Both the position numbers and the translations under genes were made by a program. The notes under the pieces are model-generated. The model saw only the letters and a list, made by a program, of their open reading frames with translations. It searched no databases and was not told the DNA's origin. This document shows, one piece after another, positions 26,201 through 35,423 of a stretch of 64,000 bases of DNA. Position 1 is the stretch's first letter, and the number at the start of each line of letters is the position of its first letter. The stretch is from the NCBI GenBank assembly GCA_964498585.1, contig CAZCHH010000006.1:1554-65553 (forward strand), in the 5' to 3' direction. Source of the stretch: an uncultured Hyphomicrobiales bacterium (lineage in GTDB: Bacteria > Bacteroidota > Ignavibacteria > Kapaibacteriales > UBA2268).

Positions 26201-28307
26201 TAATATTAACTCTATCCCAAAATTTAAAAACAACGACTCTATGCCATATCAGGTGGTTGTTACGTTTGAGGATATTACTAAACGTAAGCAATTTGAAGAA
26301 AAATTGAAACATTTCAATAACTTAATGCAATATATTATTTCTCATGCTAAAAGTGCAATAGCAATTCTTGATAAAAATATGAAATATGTTTATGTTAGTG
26401 AGAGATTTTTAAAAGATTACAATTTAACAGATACTAACATAATAGGGAAAAACCATTATGACATATTCACAGATTTATCTGAAAAATGGCTCGAATCGCA
26501 CAAAAAGGGTTTAAATGGTGAGATTACCGGAAGTGAAGAAGAAGCTTTTTATCGTGCTGATGGCTTAATTGAATGGATAAGGTGGGAATGCCGTCCTTGG
26601 TATGAAGCCGATGGCTCTATTGCCGGAATAATCCTTTATACTGAAGTTATAACTGACAGGAAGAAAGCTGAACAAGCATTAAAAGAAAGCTACGAAATGC
26701 TTTTCAATCTTACCGAAAGAGTTCCGGGAGTTGTATATCAGTATCGTTTATGGCCTGATGGGCATTCAGCTTTTCCTTATTCGAGTCAGGGTATGTTTGA
26801 TATTTATGAAGTAACATCAGAAGAAGTAAAAGAAGATGCTTCAATTGTTTTTACACGTATTCATCCAGATGATTTAGATTACGTTTCCAATGCTATTTAT
26901 GAATCTGAAAAAAATCAGTCTTTTTTTCAGGTAGAATTCCGTGTAGTTTTACCAAAAAAAGGTCTCCGCTGGTGTTCAAGCAATGCAAAACCTACTTTAC
27001 TTGATGACGGTAGTACTCTTTGGTATGGAATTATTATTGATATTACAGACTTAAAATCTGCTCAGGAAGAACTACTACATAAAAATAAAGAATTAGAAGC
27101 TCAATATGAAGAATATATGAAGCTTAATGAAGTCCTCAGGGAAACTAATTACGACCTTGAAATTGCTAAATCGAAAGCTGAAGAAAGTGATAATTTAAAA
27201 ACTGCATTCCTGCAAAATATGTCTCATGAAATCCGCACTCCTCTTAATGGAATTCTTGGTTTTTCTAAACTTCTTAATGAACAGGACATTTCAAAAGAAG
27301 AAATAACAGAATATACTGACATTATTAATCAAAGTGGAAATCGTTTGCTTGAAATTGTAAATAACGTCCTCGATATTGCAAAAATAGAAACCGGTCAGAT
27401 AGTTGTTAATAATACTTCTTTCCCAGTGATTTCAGTTATTAAAGATTTGTATAACTTTTTTGCTACAATGGCAAAAGCAAAAAATCTTCAGTTAAATATA
27501 GTCGTATCTCAGGAATTAGAAAATTTAATAGTATTTACTGATATATCTAAAATATCTCAAATTTTATCTAATTTAATCAACAACGCAATAAAATTTACAC
27601 AGGAAGGAAACATTGATTTTGGCTATGAGATAAAAGACAATCTAATTCAATTCTTTGTTAAGGACACAGGTATTGGAATTTCAAAAGAGCATCAGTTGAA
27701 GATATTTGAAAGATTTGCTCAAGTTGATTTGTCTATTACACGTGGTTTTGAAGGAGCCGGACTCGGACTTGCTATTTGTAAAGGACTTGTTGAAATTCTA
27801 GATGGAAAAATTTGGGTTGATTCTGATTTAGATAAAGGTTCTAGTTTCTTCTTTACAATACCTTTAAAGCAATATCTGACAAAAATTAAAAATTTTATTA
27901 ACGAAACTGATTTCACTTTCGATTTTCATAGTTTAAAAGTTTTAATTGTTGAAGATGAAATAACCAGTTTTAAATATTTAATGAAAATTTTACAAAATGA
28001 TAAAATAACTGTTCTTCATGCGGTAAATGGCTTGGAAGCTATTGAGTTAGTAAAAAATACACCTGATATTGACTTAATACTGATGGATATCCGTATGCCT
28101 GTTTTAGATGGTTTTGAAGCAACAAAACAAATTAAAATATTAAAACCAGATATACCTGTAATTGCTCAAACTGCTTATGCTTTTAGTTCAGAAAAGGAAA
28201 GAATTCTTAAAGCCGGATTTAATGATTATATTACAAAACCAATTGAATATGATAAACTTTTATCAATAATTAACAAGGAACTTAGTAAAGCCAAAAAGCA
28301 GAACTGA
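23259..28307 (+). CDS. Hybrid sensor histidine kinase: TM-periplasmic (Cache-like)-TM, 7 PAS, HisKA, HATPase, REC
   Basis: MSHEIRTPLNG, N/G boxes (NNAIKFT, DTGIGI, GAGLGLAI) and receiver LILMDIRMP; seven PAS/PAC units counted by eye. Confidence 0.93.
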   Translation: MKKKITKSVINTKYIVLFISLISIMIIVGALFYYKNEESSIKIKEHNNLRAVAELKINQLTQWLNERIGDAKILSSSPFFAKNIGIWFDNQDNQTLKNDIKNRFLQYKNIYSYRDVFLCSKNGEILIASNTDKHLDSITIQKIKVSFDSNRIVFTDFYYCNIHNDIHFDIITPVYNEKNESFAVIIIRIAPEEYIFPLIQSWPTPSKTAETIIIRKDKDSVLFLNELRHKKNTALKYKLSLKELNAPGVQAVKGYEGIYEGIDYRGIKVLSEIRNVSNTNWYMIAKVDKSEIYAELNYRSIIIIAFVIVLICILSIGIFWIYHYRQRNIYYQLYHNEKELHEIQKEFQTTLYSIGDAVITTDTSGKIKMMNPIAEQITGWTESEAKDNLIQEVFNIVNEKTRIRVDNPVDLVLKNGKIIGLANHTILISKDGKEFPIADSGAPIINENGEITGVVLVFRDQTEEYLYQQELIESETRYKSLHNASFGGIAIHDNGIILDCNQGLSEISGYSYEELIGMNGLILFAEKYRDEAMTNILSGYEKPYESIGLQKNGIEYPIRIEARNIPYKGKSVRCFEFRNITEQKLSEEKLKESEERFRTIFENASIGLYRSTPEGKVILANQMIVKLLGYSSFEELANIDLNELGYACPEDRIRFKELIEQNDRINGFESTWRNKNGGIVFIRESSNIYRNPDGSIKFYEGTVEDITERKKAEEALRESEAFIRTVMDNLPIGVAVNSVGPDVEFEYINDNFLKIYRTTKEALAEKGAFWETVYEDEETRKKIKKLVLSDIASGDAERMHWKDIPIKRKGEETSYISAMNTPIPGRTLMISTVWDVTDRLKAENLLIQRNKELETQYEEYARLNELLVQTNYDLEIAKSKTEESEERHRFLFENTIQGVVYHSNTGEIIYANKAAADILGLTIDQMNGLTAKDPRWRAIHEDGSDYPGDTHPCSITLKTSKPVFNKVMGVFNPQKNSYNWININSIPKFKNNDSMPYQVVVTFEDITKRKQFEEKLKHFNNLMQYIISHAKSAIAILDKNMKYVYVSERFLKDYNLTDTNIIGKNHYDIFTDLSEKWLESHKKGLNGEITGSEEEAFYRADGLIEWIRWECRPWYEADGSIAGIILYTEVITDRKKAEQALKESYEMLFNLTERVPGVVYQYRLWPDGHSAFPYSSQGMFDIYEVTSEEVKEDASIVFTRIHPDDLDYVSNAIYESEKNQSFFQVEFRVVLPKKGLRWCSSNAKPTLLDDGSTLWYGIIIDITDLKSAQEELLHKNKELEAQYEEYMKLNEVLRETNYDLEIAKSKAEESDNLKTAFLQNMSHEIRTPLNGILGFSKLLNEQDISKEEITEYTDIINQSGNRLLEIVNNVLDIAKIETGQIVVNNTSFPVISVIKDLYNFFATMAKAKNLQLNIVVSQELENLIVFTDISKISQILSNLINNAIKFTQEGNIDFGYEIKDNLIQFFVKDTGIGISKEHQLKIFERFAQVDLSITRGFEGAGLGLAICKGLVEILDGKIWVDSDLDKGSSFFFTIPLKQYLTKIKNFINETDFTFDFHSLKVLIVEDEITSFKYLMKILQNDKITVLHAVNGLEAIELVKNTPDIDLILMDIRMPVLDGFEATKQIKILKPDIPVIAQTAYAFSSEKERILKAGFNDYITKPIEYDKLLSIINKELSKAKKQN

Positions 28308-28413
28308 TAATTTAGCTGTTGAATTTCAGAGCTCCTTATTCATTCCATAAAGAAAATAAAGGAGTTATGCAAATTTCATTTTAAAATGTCATAAATAATA
28401 TGAATATATGACT

Positions 28414-28571
28414 TGTCATTCTGATGGTTGTCAGAATCCAACTTGGAAAAGCAAGAGAGATTGCTCAATTGTTGGTTACATTTGGGCAAGCCCAAATGCC
28501 TCATTGAAATAGCTAAAATTGAATAGCGCTGAACAATAATAAGATGGATTCTGACATTCGTCAGAATGACA
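28414..28571. mobile_element. REPIN/MITE-like palindromic element, family B, copy 1
   Basis: Ends TGTCATTCTG...CAGAATGACA with nested hairpins; homologous copies at 38155 and 52782. Confidence 0.8.
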
Positions 28572-28717
28572 CATATAATGATGTCATCGCCAATATAATA
28601 AAGCATTTGCTTTATCTTGTGGCTCAGAATGAAAAGACTGTAAAATAAAAAAATTACGAAGGGTAATGAATTCTGAATTTAAAATTTAAAGAAAATTAGA
28701 TTGAAGTTGTTTATTAT

Positions 28718-28767
28718 GTTCTTTGAAAAAGAGTGTGAGTTAATTTGAAAACTCTTTTTCAAAGAAC
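28718..28767 (-). terminator. Stem-loop downstream of the NlpC/P60 gene
   Basis: 17-bp perfect stem gttctttgaaaaagagt / actctttttcaaagaac. Confidence 0.65.
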
Positions 28768-28777
28768 GTATGTAATT

Positions 28778-29668
28778 TTAATGAGAATTATTCAGATTTG
28801 ATTCACTGTCGTTGCTTAATTTTACAACGTCTCTTGAGCTAAGCCGCCTGCCACCAATAAACCTTTTATTATAAAAAGTACTTTCAAGCGAAGATACAGT
28901 AACACCATATCTTGAACTTGAATGAGCAAATAAATCATCACCAAGATAAATGCCTACGTGTGAAGCAAATGAGCGTGAATATGTATGGAAAAATACCAAA
29001 TCACCAAATTCCAATTCGCTTTTCTTGATTTTTAGACCTACAGTACATTGTTCTCTTGCTGTTCTTGGGAGGGAAATATGAGCAGAATTATTAAATATTG
29101 TTTGGACAAAAGCTGAGCAATCAATTCCTTTGTTGTTAGAGCCACCAAAGTGATATGGAGTGCCGAGCCAGTCCATAATTGCATCCATTATATCTTTCTT
29201 CTTTATACCACCGATAGTGTATGCGTTTATATCTTCATCTTCGACGTAACTCAGCCATAAGACTTTAAAGCTTTCAATATCAACTTCAACGTCATCTTCA
29301 AGCTCGAGCTCTGCTATATTTTCACCTTCTTCAAAAAATTCCTCGTCTGAGGTTAAGCTATTTTCATTTAATTGTTGTCGTAACGAAATGCTGTCAATAT
29401 TTGGGTCTAAGCCAGCTAAAGCACTGATTTCGGCAGAATTATTTCTAATGAATTCAGTTGCTTCATTTCGGGTTTTTTCTGGATTGTAAGAGCGTTTTCT
29501 TCGATATGATTTTTTCTTTTTTTTCTTTTTGGTTGTAGTTTTCTTTTTAACAGAAGTAGTTGATTTTTTTGCCTTTGATTGTGATTCTATTGGGGTAATT
29601 GCTATTAGTCCGGGAATGACTAATAATAGAATTAGAATTTTATAAAATCTTTTTAATCTATTTTGCAT
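28778..29668 (-). CDS. NlpC/P60 (C40) cell-wall peptidase, secreted
   Basis: WLGTPYHFGG, IDCSAFV and HVGIY motifs; signal peptide followed by a Lys-rich and then an acidic linker. Confidence 0.92.
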   Translation of the reverse strand: MQNRLKRFYKILILLLVIPGLIAITPIESQSKAKKSTTSVKKKTTTKKKKKKKSYRRKRSYNPEKTRNEATEFIRNNSAEISALAGLDPNIDSISLRQQLNENSLTSDEEFFEEGENIAELELEDDVEVDIESFKVLWLSYVEDEDINAYTIGGIKKKDIMDAIMDWLGTPYHFGGSNNKGIDCSAFVQTIFNNSAHISLPRTAREQCTVGLKIKKSELEFGDLVFFHTYSRSFASHVGIYLGDDLFAHSSSRYGVTVSSLESTFYNKRFIGGRRLSSRDVVKLSNDSESNLNNSH

Positions 29669-29969
29669 TTTTTCTCCAATTATTTGACTATATCATTAAT
29701 TTTTTACTAATTTTAGAAAAATCAATTTTAATTTTTTACAAAAAACGAAAGTTTTTTGTAATATAAAAGCACTATTTTAAAATTAATTTTTTTTAATTTT
29801 TTGTTAATTGATATTATTTTATAAAAAAAATTCAATAAATTTGTATGTTCTTTGAATTGTTGTTATTGTTGAAAAAATTAAACACTTTTTCAAATTTAGC
29901 TTGATAAAATATTTAATAAATTAATTACAAGATTAATAGTTTAGCATTTTATAAATAAATAATAATTTT

Positions 29970-30764
29970 ATGGTAAATATTTCAATAGTACAATTCTGTC
30001 CAAAGTTATTTGAACGAAAATTAAATATTTCAAGAATTGAGGAAATAATTGAAAAAGATGATTCTGATTTAATTCTCTTTCCGGAGCTTTCGACTACAGG
30101 ATATTTCTTTTTAAACCGGGAAGAAGTTGATGAAAATTCAGATGAATTTAACGGAAAAACAATTATGCACTTTCAGGAAATGGCAGTTATACATAACAAA
30201 ATTATAGTAATTGGATTTGCTGAAAAATTTCGTTCTGAACTTTATAATTCAGCTGCTATTCTATTTCCAGAAGAAAAGTATTCTTCTTGCTATAGAAAGA
30301 CGCATCTTTTTTATAGAGAACGATTTTGCTTTAATGAAGGAAATACCGGCTTTTTTGTAATTGATTACAAACCTTTCGATTTAAAACTTGGAACAATGAT
30401 TTGCTACGACTGGAGATTCCCGGAAGCTGCCCGTACTCTTGGCTTTAAAGGTGCTGACCTTATTGTGTGCCCTTCTAATCTTGTAACAAAAATTTGGCAT
30501 TTAGCAATGCCAGCCCGCTCAATTGAAAATAAAGTATATCTTGCAGTTTCTAATAGATTTGGGAATGAAGTAAGAAATAATGAAAATCTTCTATTTAACG
30601 GAATGTCTGCTATTTGGGATTTCAATGGTTCGCTACTTCAAGCAGCTAATAAAGAAGGCGATGAAATACTTAAATGTTCTATTAATCCAGAATACACCCG
30701 AAATAAGATGTTCAATGAATTTAATGATATTTTTAAAGACAGAAGGACTGAGTTTTATATATAA
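29970..30764 (+). CDS. Carbon-nitrogen hydrolase (nitrilase superfamily)
   Basis: Catalytic triad motifs FPEL, YRKTHL and MICYDW. Confidence 0.93.
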   Translation: MVNISIVQFCPKLFERKLNISRIEEIIEKDDSDLILFPELSTTGYFFLNREEVDENSDEFNGKTIMHFQEMAVIHNKIIVIGFAEKFRSELYNSAAILFPEEKYSSCYRKTHLFYRERFCFNEGNTGFFVIDYKPFDLKLGTMICYDWRFPEAARTLGFKGADLIVCPSNLVTKIWHLAMPARSIENKVYLAVSNRFGNEVRNNENLLFNGMSAIWDFNGSLLQAANKEGDEILKCSINPEYTRNKMFNEFNDIFKDRRTEFYI

Positions 30765-30921
30765 ATTCTGAACTGTAGTGCATTCAGATGGATTCTGAAT
30801 TTTGTCAATGTTATCACAGAACTTGAGGTTCCTCGATGACGATTGGAATAAACCAATTTGGTTTATTTACCAGTAAATATATAAAATACATATACTTACA
30901 TTGTTAAATATTGAAAGTAGA

Positions 30922-30987
30922 AGTCATCGGATGACTGGCTGTCATCCGATGACTATTTCATTCATTTTTTTAAAAGTAAACGTCTTC
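30922..30987. repeat. REP-like doublet, family A (best copy) plus conserved tail
   Basis: agtcatcggatgact-ggc-tgtcatccgatgact, then aaaagtaaacgtcttc (30972-30987), which also occurs at 33405-33420. Confidence 0.85.
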
Positions 30988-31117
30988 ATTGATATTCGCC
31001 TCGGAATGAGATTATTAATTATTTCATCTCCTTATATATAAAGGTTTTACTTTGTCTTCGATTGAGGATTGATAAAAATAAAGAACTATAATTTACAAGA
31101 AGCGACAAGCTCTGAAA

Positions 31118-31870
31118 TTAAATGCTTAAACCAAATACAAAATGAACAATCGATTCTTGAGGATTGAATATTAGAGATGATTTTACAGGTAGTTCAAATT
31201 CATTTGAAAGTTTGATTTTTTTGCTACCTGTTACTCCGAGATTGACAACACCAAAACTATTTCCAAAAGCTCCTGCTTTGGGTGTTAGTCCTAAAAATAT
31301 GTCCAATTTATTTTCGGAAACCGTTAAAGGGTAACCAATTTCAAAATAAGAAGAATAATAGTTCTCTCCTTTTTCATCTTTGTCTTTGTCTTTGTCAAAT
31401 CCAAAATATTTATCGTTTCCAAAGAAATAAACGGCACCATATAACTTTAAAGGAAATTCCTGAGGCAACTGGTATTCTAAGCTAAATTCGAAAGTATGGG
31501 CTGTAGTTTTATTATCAAAAACGAAATACCTTGTATCTTTAGATGCAGGAACACCAGTAACTGATGGGACGAAATAATCGCTCAAAACAAAAGTGAATCC
31601 ATAAACTGAATATTTCAAATAAAAATCTATTTCTTTGTAAAAATCAGAGATAGAAAAAGCACCCCAATATCCTACTTCAAAACCATTTATTCTATAGGAA
31701 ATAAATGGTTGAATACTTGGAGAATTTCCGTAATCGACTCCACGGAACACATAGCGGCTAACTAAATCAGAGCCAATATTGAAAGATGAATTATTTTCTT
31801 CTGACAAAACCGTTTTGAAATTAATAATTAGTAAAAAGAAAAGTATGGAATATAAAATATGTTTATTCAT
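31118..31870 (-). CDS. Outer-membrane beta-barrel, TorF-like putative porin
   Basis: Signal peptide, DLVSRYVFRG motif, amphipathic strands and C-terminal FVFGLSI. Confidence 0.7.
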   Translation of the reverse strand: MNKHILYSILFFLLIINFKTVLSEENNSSFNIGSDLVSRYVFRGVDYGNSPSIQPFISYRINGFEVGYWGAFSISDFYKEIDFYLKYSVYGFTFVLSDYFVPSVTGVPASKDTRYFVFDNKTTAHTFEFSLEYQLPQEFPLKLYGAVYFFGNDKYFGFDKDKDKDEKGENYYSSYFEIGYPLTVSENKLDIFLGLTPKAGAFGNSFGVVNLGVTGSKKIKLSNEFELPVKSSLIFNPQESIVHFVFGLSI

Positions 31871-32370
31871 AAATCTTTCCTGTAAATAAAAACAAAAATA
31901 TATTTTTTTTCATAAACTTTTTTACAATTTCATATTATGCAATTCACGAATTAAATTTAAACAAGTTAATTTAATTCGCTATTTTATTTTATAACACAAG
32001 TACCATTACCTTCTTGAGAGTAATAGCACGGAGATGAATTAATAATTTGAATTTTATTTTTAGCACAATTAATTAATTTTATAATTTTAAATGTAATTAA
32101 TAATAATTTTAACCAAAAGACCATTTAACAGCTCCCCTGCTCTTGCTTATTAGGAGGGGAACAAGAACAGTTCAATTCTATATAATTATATTACCAATAT
32201 GGACTACTACTTGGAAGTTAAGCAATTATATATAATAACAAATTTCTTATCTTCGTTCCATTGCCCTCAAGAGGGAAATGCGTAAGGTGAGTTATCAATT
32301 TGCGATTTATTTTTTCAATATAAATCTCCTTCCCATTAATTTTCGTTATGGAACAAGTGGTTCTGATATA

Positions 32371-33249
32371 TTATCTATTCCATTTAAGCAACTTCATTTG
32401 AATTAAAGAAAAAACAATTAATAAAAGAAAAACGAGTAATGCAAGAGCAGAGGCGTATCCCATTGTGTCAGTTTTTTCAAAAGCATTAATATATACCTGA
32501 TAAACCAATGTCATAGTTGAATTAAGCGGACCACCTTTTGTCATAACAAAAATTTCAACAAATATCTGAAATGATTTTATTGTGTTAATTACAATAACAA
32601 AAAGCAGGGTAGGGCGGAGCATCTGAATCGTAACACGGAAGAATTGCTGAATTGGGCTTGCTCCGCTTAGTCTGGCTGCATCGTATAAATCCTGAGGGAT
32701 TGTTTGCATCCCGGCAAGGAACAGAACTACATAATAACCAATTGAAATCCATACATCCATAAACATAATTGCAAGTAATGCTGTTGATGGATTCTGGAGA
32801 AATCCAAAATCTGACGGTGGAAAACCAAGCAGAATAAAAAGTGTATTTACATAGCCATCTTTTGCATATAGATTTGTGAAAATTAAAGAAATTACTACAA
32901 GAGAAGTTACTGAAGGTAAAAAATATGATGCTCTTAATATTTCTTTATACTTTACTATTTTACTATTTAAAATTGAAGCTAAAATTAGTGCAGATAAAGT
33001 TGTTACTGGAACAGTTCCTAAAGTAAAAAAAGTAGTGTTGAAAAGAGCTTTCCAAAATATTTCATCTTTAAAAATACTTATATAATTTTCAAAACCTATA
33101 TATTGAAATGAATTTGTAAGTGTTTGATATTTAGTAAAACTCATAAAAACTGCAAAGCCAAGAGGATAAAGCCAGAAGACTATTAAAGTAATAAGCCATG
33201 GTAGTAGTAAAATGAGTGTATTAGTATTTTTAAATATATTTGATTTCAT
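32371..33249 (-). CDS. Carbohydrate ABC transporter permease (MalF-like)
   Basis: FTKY...YIGFENY and an EAA-type loop (LYDAARLSGASPIQQFFRVT). Confidence 0.93.
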   Translation of the reverse strand: MKSNIFKNTNTLILLLPWLITLIVFWLYPLGFAVFMSFTKYQTLTNSFQYIGFENYISIFKDEIFWKALFNTTFFTLGTVPVTTLSALILASILNSKIVKYKEILRASYFLPSVTSLVVISLIFTNLYAKDGYVNTLFILLGFPPSDFGFLQNPSTALLAIMFMDVWISIGYYVVLFLAGMQTIPQDLYDAARLSGASPIQQFFRVTIQMLRPTLLFVIVINTIKSFQIFVEIFVMTKGGPLNSTMTLVYQVYINAFEKTDTMGYASALALLVFLLLIVFSLIQMKLLKWNR

Positions 33250-33354
33250 TAAATTAAAAAAATAGAAATTCTAATAATTTTATATTCTGCTAAACTAATC
33301 AAACAATAACACTTTTGGAAGTAAATTTTTTGAATTTAACTCTTAACCTAAATA

Positions 33355-33420
33355 ATTCAAAAGATGACTAACAGTCAACTGATGAATAAAAAGTTCATTT
33401 TACCAAAAGTAAACGTCTTC
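33355..33420. repeat. Degenerate family A doublet plus tail
   Basis: attcaaaagatgact-aac-agtcaactgatgaat ... aaaagtaaacgtcttc. Confidence 0.65.
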
Positions 33421-33457
33421 GTTTGTATTTACTTCGTATTATTTTTGTATTAATCAG

Positions 33458-34072
33458 CTACCTTAAAAATTCCCGAAGTGTTCTGTAAAAAAGTTCTAAT
33501 GGCAGACCGACAATATTATAATAACAGCCCTCAATATGAGATACAAAGACACTACCGAAATCATCTTGTATTCCATATCCACCTGCTTTATCGAATGGTG
33601 AACCAGTAGCAATATAAGCCCGGATTTCATCGTCCTCAAGCTTTCTGAATGTAACAGCAGTTTTTTGGAATGTATTTACTTTTTTCTTTTTTAAAGTATT
33701 GATAAAGCACATTCCGGTAAAGACATAATGCGTTTTTCCGCTTAAATTATTCAGCATTTCAAATGCAGCATCTTCGCTTTTAGGTTTGTTTATTATTTGA
33801 TTTTCTAAAACTACAATAGTATCAGCACCAAAAACGACTGCTGGATATTCCAATACTCTTGCTACGTATATAGCTTTCTTTTCGGCAAGCAAAGAAACGT
33901 ATTCTTCCGGCACTAATTCTTCATTATGAAATTTTGTTTCTTTTACTTGCGAAGGAATAATTTGAAAATCTAATCCTAATTGCTTTAATAGTAAGTTTCG
34001 TCTTGGCGATTTTGAAGCTAATACAAAAGGTAAATCTAATTTTAAAAGTTCAGTAATTTTAATATTTTCCAT
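33458..34072 (-). CDS. maf: Maf/YhdE nucleotide pyrophosphatase
   Basis: LASKSPRR, GADTIV and DKAGGYGIQ motifs. Confidence 0.95.
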   Translation of the reverse strand: MENIKITELLKLDLPFVLASKSPRRNLLLKQLGLDFQIIPSQVKETKFHNEELVPEEYVSLLAEKKAIYVARVLEYPAVVFGADTIVVLENQIINKPKSEDAAFEMLNNLSGKTHYVFTGMCFINTLKKKKVNTFQKTAVTFRKLEDDEIRAYIATGSPFDKAGGYGIQDDFGSVFVSHIEGCYYNIVGLPLELFYRTLREFLR

Positions 34073-34160
34073 AATTAAAATTCATATTAAAAATAATGCA
34101 ATTTTAAGAAAAATTTGCTAATTTGGTATGATAAATTTTGATAATTATTGAAATAAAGAA

Positions 34161-35423
34161 ATGGATAAATTAGTAATAGAAGGTGGGCATAAGCTCTGTG
34201 GTAGATTAAAAATTTCCGGCGCTAAAAACGGCTGCTTGGCGATGATGCCTGCAACAATTCTTGCTCCCGGAACATATCATTTTAAAAATACACCGAATTT
34301 GACTGACGTTTGGACTATGTCGCGATTGCTCGGTTCAATCGGTATTTTCTGCGAATTAAATGGTGATGAGCTTTTTGCAGATTCACGAAATATCAATAAA
34401 TTTGAAGCTCCTTACGAACACGTTAAAAAGATGCGTGCTTCATTTTATGTGCTGGGTCCTCTTCTTGCAAGGTGGGGGAGAGCAAAGGTATCCTTGCCCG
34501 GTGGCTGCGCCTGGGGACCGCGTCCTGTTGATTTGCACTTGAAAGGATTAGAAAAACTCGGTGCTAAAATAGAATTAGAAAGCGGATACGTTATTGCAGA
34601 AGCTGAAAAATTACAGGGTAATCGCTTCCATCTTGATATTCCAAGCGTTGGTGCGACAGGGAATCTTCTTATGGCGGCTACTCTTGCCAATGGCACTACT
34701 CAAATTTCCAATGCTGCAATAGAGCCGGAAATTACTGCCCTCGCCCGTATGCTCGTTAAAATGGGTGCTAAAATTGACGGAATTGGTACTTCGATAATTG
34801 AAATTGAAGGTGTAGATTCTCTTCACCCGGTTGATGAAGAAATTATACCCGACAGAATTGAAGCTGGAACTTATTTAATTGCTGCTGCTATGACGCAGGG
34901 AAAAATTGAAATTACAAACGTAAATCCATACCATCTTGCGACTGTTCTTGAAAAAATGGAAGAAGCCGGCTGCAATATTGACGTGAATAACGATACTATT
35001 CTTTTGGAAATGGAGGATTTACCAAAACCAGTGGACATTACTACTTCTGTTTATCCCGGTATGCCTACTGATTTGCAGGCGCAATGGCTCACTTTTATGC
35101 TTCAGGCACAGGGAACCACGAAAATTACTGAAACTATTTATAAAGATAGGTTTAAGCATATTCCAGAGTTAAGGCGACTTGGGGCTGACGTTGAATTAGC
35201 AGACAACATAGCAATTGTAAATGGTGGGAAACGCTTAACCGGTGCGGTTGTTATGTCTTCAGATTTAAGAGCAAGTGCTTCACTTATTCTTGCTGCATTG
35301 GTTTGTGAAGGCAGGACAGAGGTTTTGCGAATATATCACCTTGACCGCGGTTATGAAAAAATTGATAAAAAATTAGAAACGCTCGGCGCCTCAGTAAAGC
35401 GAGTGAAGACCGAGTTGATATAA
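34161..35423 (+). CDS. murA: UDP-N-acetylglucosamine 1-carboxyvinyltransferase
   Basis: SGAKN, LPGGCAWGPRPVDLH (catalytic Cys), DRIEAGTY and HLDRGY motifs. Confidence 0.98.
   Translation: MDKLVIEGGHKLCGRLKISGAKNGCLAMMPATILAPGTYHFKNTPNLTDVWTMSRLLGSIGIFCELNGDELFADSRNINKFEAPYEHVKKMRASFYVLGPLLARWGRAKVSLPGGCAWGPRPVDLHLKGLEKLGAKIELESGYVIAEAEKLQGNRFHLDIPSVGATGNLLMAATLANGTTQISNAAIEPEITALARMLVKMGAKIDGIGTSIIEIEGVDSLHPVDEEIIPDRIEAGTYLIAAAMTQGKIEITNVNPYHLATVLEKMEEAGCNIDVNNDTILLEMEDLPKPVDITTSVYPGMPTDLQAQWLTFMLQAQGTTKITETIYKDRFKHIPELRRLGADVELADNIAIVNGGKRLTGAVVMSSDLRASASLILAALVCEGRTEVLRIYHLDRGYEKIDKKLETLGASVKRVKTELI

Noticed and set aside
31990-32350. Cobalamin or TPP riboswitch upstream of the porin gene
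   Set aside because: The conserved cores of these riboswitches were not found on the coding strand.
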